From Ranitomeya imitator (Eukaryota), in the NCBI RefSeq assembly GCF_032444005.1, contig NC_091282.1:982452001-982516000 (forward strand): a stretch of DNA of 64,000 bases, written 5' to 3'. The notes beneath the pieces are model-generated. The model was not told the DNA's origin. It saw only the letters and a program-made list of their open reading frames with translations, and did no database searches. Positions 58,284-64,000 of the stretch are shown here, in pieces; position 1 is the stretch's first letter; each line of letters begins with the position of its first letter. The position numbers were made by a program, and so were the translations under genes.

Positions 58284-61200
58284 TGTCACAGCACAGCTGT
58301 CGGGTGACCCGGGACCAGTGTCTCCTTCTCTGTCTCTAACACTAGGGGGTATCCTAGCTCACCCTGCTGGCCAGGATACTTCAGATGGTGAAGATGCCGG
58401 GGTCTCCGCCCTTGCTGTATCTCCTAAGTTAGCCCTCTGTCTGATCTCTCCCCCACCCAGGGAAGAGGGGGCACTACTGTGCACCATAATACACCAACCC
58501 GACAAACAAGGCAACACAGTCAAGGGTTAACAGAAAACTACAGGCATACAAAATGTAAGAGAGGAATGCACCAGGGTGTGAAGGTAGGGGAATAAAAACA
58601 GAGAAGAATAAGGAATTACTACGCATACAAACCAAGCAACAGTCACTAACAACTCCTTCAACTCTCATCATATGTGCTCCTCTCCCACCGTTAGCCATGT
58701 AGCAAATGCTAGCTCTGATGATGATTAGTAAAAGAGCCCAGATTATAATGGGAAAATAAATTGTTAACCAAACATAGCTGTGAGCACAGGGATTTCCGAC
58801 ATAGCAGGTTAACTCCTGTTTGGCCAAAAGAAATAAACACATTTACAATGAAGGAGAAGTGCTTCTTCTCAGTGCCGCAGTAGAAGCAATCAGATGCTGC
58901 AGTCTTCTGGATCCACACTGTAGCAGTAACCCCGTTACAATACACCCTCTTCTACGAGGAACCTCCGGAACCTCAGGACCAGGCTTATCAAGGCGTGCCA
59001 CGGGAAAAGCCCAGACCAGTCTGTCTGGCCGCATGAACATCAGATGCTAGTACCCACATCCTCTCCTCAGGACCGTACCCCCTCTAATGTACCAGATACT
59101 GAAGTGACTGACGAACAAGATGAGAGTCCAAAATTTTCGCAATCTGAAACTCTAAATTACCATCAACAATGACAGGAGATGTTGGTAAAGGTGATGGAAA
59201 AGAAGATGCAACATATCTTTTGAGGAGAGGACGATGAAATACATTATGGATCCTAAAAGTAGGCGGTAAGGCAATGCGAAATTCTATGGGATTGAAGATG
59301 GCTGTGATCTTATAAGGACCGATAAACCTGGGACCCAGTTTCCAAGATTGAACATTCAGCTTAATGGTCCTAGAGGACAACCACACCAAGTTACGATCAC
59401 GCAGGTCTGGACCCACCAAACGTCTCCAACCAACCACACTCTTTTATTTGGATCCCATCTTTCTCAAATTATTCATAACCCCCTGACATATGGTAGAAAT
59501 GGAAAATGAAAACTGTTCTTCCTCTGGTAATCCAGAAGGGCGATTACTATTAAAAGAACTAAACTCAGGATGGAATCCATATGCCCTTAAAAATGGAGAC
59601 TTTCCTGGTTTATTCCTGACAACGATTATTTACTGCAAATTTGGCGGTAAACGGTAAATCAGTAACACACTCCTCCTGATTTTCAGAAACATAACACCTG
59701 AGGTACGGCTCTAGATTCTGATTAACCCATTCAGTCTGCCCATTAGACTGCGGGTGAAAAGCTGAAGAAAATGTCATATTGATCTCCAGATGGGTATTCC
59801 CCGCTGACACGGGTAGATCAATGATAAAATTGACAAATGAGACTAAGGTCTGCTGGGAATCTTTAACGGTTGGAGAGCCCCCGATGGATGAGTATGAGAG
59901 GTCTTAGAACGCGAAAAACACTGCAGGCGACTACATACTCCCAGACATGTTTATGAGCACCTGGCCACCAAAAACGCAGAGTGAGCAGATCAGCTGTAGC
60001 TCTATTACCAGGATGTCTGGCAATAACTGAATCATGATGTTCAATGAGGATTCTCAGATGGAGATTTATCAGAGCAAACAATTTACCAAGTGGTCAGGCA
60101 GCAGGGGCGTCACTCTAGGCGTCAACAACCTCTCTTTCCAGATCAGAGCATATAGACGCCATAACCATCCTTTTTTGAAGAATAGGTACCGGTTCACACT
60201 TATTTCCTCCCCATGAAAGCAATGGGATAAAGTATCTGTCTTAATCTTTTTGTTCCCTGGCTTATAAGGGACAAAAAAGTTCAATCTGGTAAAGAACAAT
60301 GCCTATCTTGCCTGTCGAGGTGTTAAACGTTTCGCCGATTCCAAGTATAACAGATTCTTATGATCCATGATTACCATCACTGGGTGAACCGCTCCCTCCA
60401 AAAAATGACACCGCTCCTCTAAAGCCTGTCTGATAGCTAAGAGTTCCATGTTACCAATGTCCTAATATTTTTCAGCCGGTGACAGTTTTTTAGAAAAATC
60501 AGCACTTGGTGCCATTTACCAGGAGACTAACCCTGCGACAATACAGCCCCCACTCCCACCTCAGACGCATGAACCTCAACGATAAAAGGCTGAGAGATGT
60601 TGGGCGGAATAAGAATCGGTGAAGAAGAAAAACAGCTTTTCAACACATCAAATGCCTCCCTGACAGGACTGGACCACTTGGAGAAATCTGTCCCTTTCCT
60701 GGTCATATTCGTAAGAGGTTTGGCTACTACCGAAAAGTTTATTATGACCTTACGGTAGCAGTTGGCGAAACCTAAAAATCTTTGTAATGCCTTCATATCC
60801 TCTGGGCTATCCCATTCCAATACTGTCTGGACTTTCACTGGATCCATGCAAAAACTGGTGGAAGACAACACATATCCTAGGAAAGGGATCTCCTTAACCA
60901 AGAACATACACTTCTCGGGTTTGACATATAATTTATTGACTTGGAGTATATGTAAGACCTGCCTGACTTGTATCTCGTGTGACTCAAAGTCAGGTGAACA
61001 AATTAATATGTCATCCAGATAGATAACCATGAATCTTCATACCAGGTGACTAAAGATGTCATTTATAAAGGGTTGAAAGATGGTGGGCACGGTCGTCAAC
61101 CCAAATAGCATCAACAGATTGTCCCTCGGGCGTATTGAACGCTGTATTCCACTCATGCCCCTCTTTAATGTGCATGAGATTATACGTCCCCTGAGGTCCA

Positions 61201-61560
61201 TCTTAGAGAACCATTTTAAAATCTGATTAAAGAGATCTGCAATGATAGTGAGCAGATAAGGATCACATACACTGATCATATTGAGTTCATGGAAATCCAG
61301 GCAAGGGCGTAACCCCCATCTTTTTTCTTTACAAAAAGAACCCTGCGGCAATGGGGGATGAGGATGTTCTGATATGACCTTTACCAAGGCTTTCCATGAT
61401 ATAGTCCTTCATGGCCTGTCTTTCTGGACCAGAGATGTGCTCTTGGGCAGCTTGGCACCAGGAACAAGATTAATGGCGCAATCCTAAGGATGATGGGGAG
61501 GGAATTCTAGGCACAGACTGAGTATCCGCCCAAGCAAACTGGGTTCCCAAGCAGTGTCCT
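58284..61560 (-). mobile_element. Decayed chromovirus (3' LTR 58284-58939, PPT, pol remnants); 5' part missing
   Basis: Frameshifted RT (LRPCLDF, YLDDILI), RNase H, integrase (FWWP, SAFHPQSNGQTE), GPY and chromodomain pieces. PPT AGAAGAGGG precedes TGTAAC. Confidence 0.88.
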
Positions 61561-61609
61561 TGATAATACCCACTCCATTTTACTACTTCCTGAGCCTGCC
61601 AATCTACTA

Positions 61610-61901
61610 CAGGATTGTGCCGTGCCAGCTACCTGGTATCAGGGCATCAGCATTTATGAATTCGTCAGGCAGACAAGATAGCAACTTGGTTAGTTCCTTG
61701 TAATAGTCCTGTGTAGGATCCAACTCCAATTTTTTATAGTAGCATGTGTCCATAAGTTGTCTGTGTGCTTCCTTCATATACCAGTCCAAGAATAGGGACA
61801 TTCTACATGCTTCCCAAAATCCACAAATTTAGAAGTCCAGGAAGACCAATTATTTTGTGTGGGCACCCTTACTGAGCAGGTATCTGGATGGCTAGAGTGT
61901 A
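61610..61901. pseudogene. Penelope-like RT fragment, present as two oppositely oriented pieces
   Basis: Minus piece YMKEAHRQLMDTCYYKKLELDPT; plus piece GTFYMLPKIHK...PGRPII...GTLTEQVSGWLE. Confidence 0.75.
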
Positions 61902-63395
61902 TGTTAGGAGTCGAGTTTCCTCTGCTGCACAGGGGGAATCTCGATCCGTGTCTGCTGCGGTCTCACATTCGGTATCGGCCGCAGTGAGCTCTGCTCAGCG
62001 GAGACGTCGCTCCCAGCATCTCGCTGGGGCTGATTCGGTGCATAGGGTCACTACTGCCTTTTCTGGCTTTCCTATGGTACCCTGCACTGATCTGCGGCGA
62101 GCGAGCCTCTCTGGGACTAAGTCCTTGTTTACTCACACTGAGCATGCCCAGGGCAGGGTCTCCCATTGGAGGTCGAGGGCCACATGTTCAGTCACATGCT
62201 CAGGTACTGCAGTACATTCCATTGGTCCTTCTGGAAGGTCCTGAAAGGGCAAAACATGCTCAGGTACTGCAGCACTTTCCATTGGTCCTTCTGGAAGGTC
62301 CTGAAAGGGCAAAAACTTCAGTAGCAGCTTTCTGTGCTGCAACTATATAAACTGCGCATGACCGCACGGCCATGCGCTAGTATCGTCTTTTGCTATATGC
62401 TTTGCGCCAATGTGGTCATGTGTTTGTATGTGTTCAGGGACCCGGCTGAAATAAGCCCCTAGAATGCTGGCACCTCCGGCGAGGAGATTGTGTATAAATG
62501 TGTTCAGGGACCCGGCTGAAATAAGCCCCTAGAATGCTGGCTCCTCCGGCGAGGAGATTGAGTATGCATGCATGACCACTCACTGCTCACATCTGGGTAG
62601 TTTGCCTGTACCTCTGTGAAAGTCTAACAGGGCACAGAGCTCACCTCTCGCGGTTACTCTGTGAAGCTAACAGAGTTAGTATATACCGCCATATAGAGCC
62701 GCCATTACTTAGCAGCAGGTACTTTCCTGCACGGTGGATCCCGGGTTGCGAACGCACCAATTCCTTTTAATAAACAATATATTTGGTGCGTTCCGCCAAC
62801 CCTAACAGTATACTAGCGCCAGGATCTGGCTAAGTAATGGCGGATGAACAGCGATTGCAGGGGTACATCCAGCTGCTGGAGGGCCGGTTGGCGTCTCTTG
62901 AGCGTGCAACCTCGGCGGTGGATGTTACCGCAATAGCTGTTCAGGCTGCTAGCGTGGCTGCAGCAGCTTTACCCACTGCCACCTCTGTTCCGACCCTATC
63001 TCACCTTCCTTTGCCTGAGAGATACTCTGGGGACAGTAAGTCCTGTAGGGGTTTCGTGAGCCAATGTGGTATACACCTCGAGCTTCTGGCTGCACGTTTC
63101 CCTACTGAGCGGGCAAAGGTGGGATTCATAATCTCTCTCCTGTCGGACAGAGCGTTGGAGTGGGCTACGCCGCTGTGGGAGCGCAACGATCATGTGGTGC
63201 GGTGTTCCTAGGTTTCTGGACACTCTGAAACAGGTCTTTTTAGGACCTCAAGTCACCCATGATACAGCGCTCCAACTGCTGGCTTTGACTCAGGGTTCAA
63301 CCATGGTCAGCCATTTTGCTGTTCACTTCCGGACATTAGCGTCTGAGTTGGAATGGCCAGATAAAACCCTCATTCCCGTATTTTGGAGGGGGCTG
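61902..63395 (+). mobile_element. Chromovirus 5' LTR (61902-62807), self-priming-type PBS (62810-62819) and frameshifted gag start (62837 onward), related to the 1649-7985 element
   Basis: TG...CA LTR; MADEQRLQGYIQLLEGRLA homologous to MMDDQRSQRYIQQLEGRLA; 1-nt deletion near 63202; interrupted at 63396. Confidence 0.92.
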
Positions 63396-64000
63396 TGTTG
63401 TGAATTCTGTGGCTGAATTCACTCCTGTGGTCACAAGTGGTACTGCAGCTTCTGAGCTTCCTCCCTCAGGTGTTCTGGTGAGCTCGTTAACTGCTTCATT
63501 ACTTAACTCCGCCTGATGCTGCTATCCTTGCTCCTTGTCAATGTTTCAGTGTTGGATCTGAGCTTCTCCTGATTGTTCCTGTGACCTGCTGCTCTTTATA
63601 GCTAAGTGCTTTTTGCTTTTTTGTTGCTTTTTTTCTGTCCAGCTTGTCTTTTGTTTTGCTGGAAGCTCTGAGACGCAAAGGGTGTACCGCCGTGCCGTTA
63701 GTTCGGCACGGTGGTTTTTTTTTGCCCCCTTTGCGTGGTTTTGCTTTAGGGTTTTTTTGTAGACTGCAAAGTTCGCTTTACTATCCTCGCTCTGTCCTAG
63801 AATATCGGGCCCCACTTTGCTGAATCTATTTCATCCCTACGTTTTGTCTTTTCATCTTACTCACAGTCATTATATGTGGGGGGCTGCCTTTTCCTTTGGG
63901 GAATTTCTCTGGGGCAAGTCAGGCCTATTTTTCTATCTTCAGGCTAGCTAGTTTCTTAGGCTGTGCCGAGTTGCCTAGGTAGTTGTTAGGCGCAATCCAC
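63396..64000 (+). mobile_element. LTR of another family inserted into gag; runs off the window
   Basis: Abrupt switch from FWRGL gag sequence to TGTTGTGAATTCTG; no gag homology afterwards. Confidence 0.7.

Overview
Vertebrate genomic DNA, most likely anuran (inferred from the repeat families and the protein sequence). It is almost entirely transposon-derived, with one 144-nt N gap. The only certain host coding sequence is the large ankyrin-repeat exon of trpc3 (minus strand, 15889-16666). A phase-compatible candidate first coding exon lies 30.6 kb upstream (47264-47442). The rest is a nested TE landscape: one intact single-ORF Ty3/Gypsy chromovirus (1649-7985) with an anomalous third partial LTR, three related solo LTRs and a related truncated copy, other Gypsy-type LTRs and a decayed chromovirus, several Tc1 elements (one a single base from intact), CR1 LINEs, Helitron-like elements, piggyBac-, Kolobok/T2- and Harbinger-type MITEs, a Chapaev-like transposase remnant and Penelope-like fragments. 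Four observations stand out. (1) The chromovirus family has no tRNA primer site; its PBS is complementary to a 10-11-mer 30 nt downstream of the LTR TATA box, which is Tf1-type self-priming. (2) The pol frame reads through the PPT into U3, and that frame stays open and colinear for about 94-124 codons in all five diverged LTR variants. (3) A minimal hammerhead ribozyme sits in a Penelope-type terminal repeat. (4) A telomere-like array is carried inside a TTAA-flanked DNA transposon. All family assignments come from motif recognition by eye; no database search was run.
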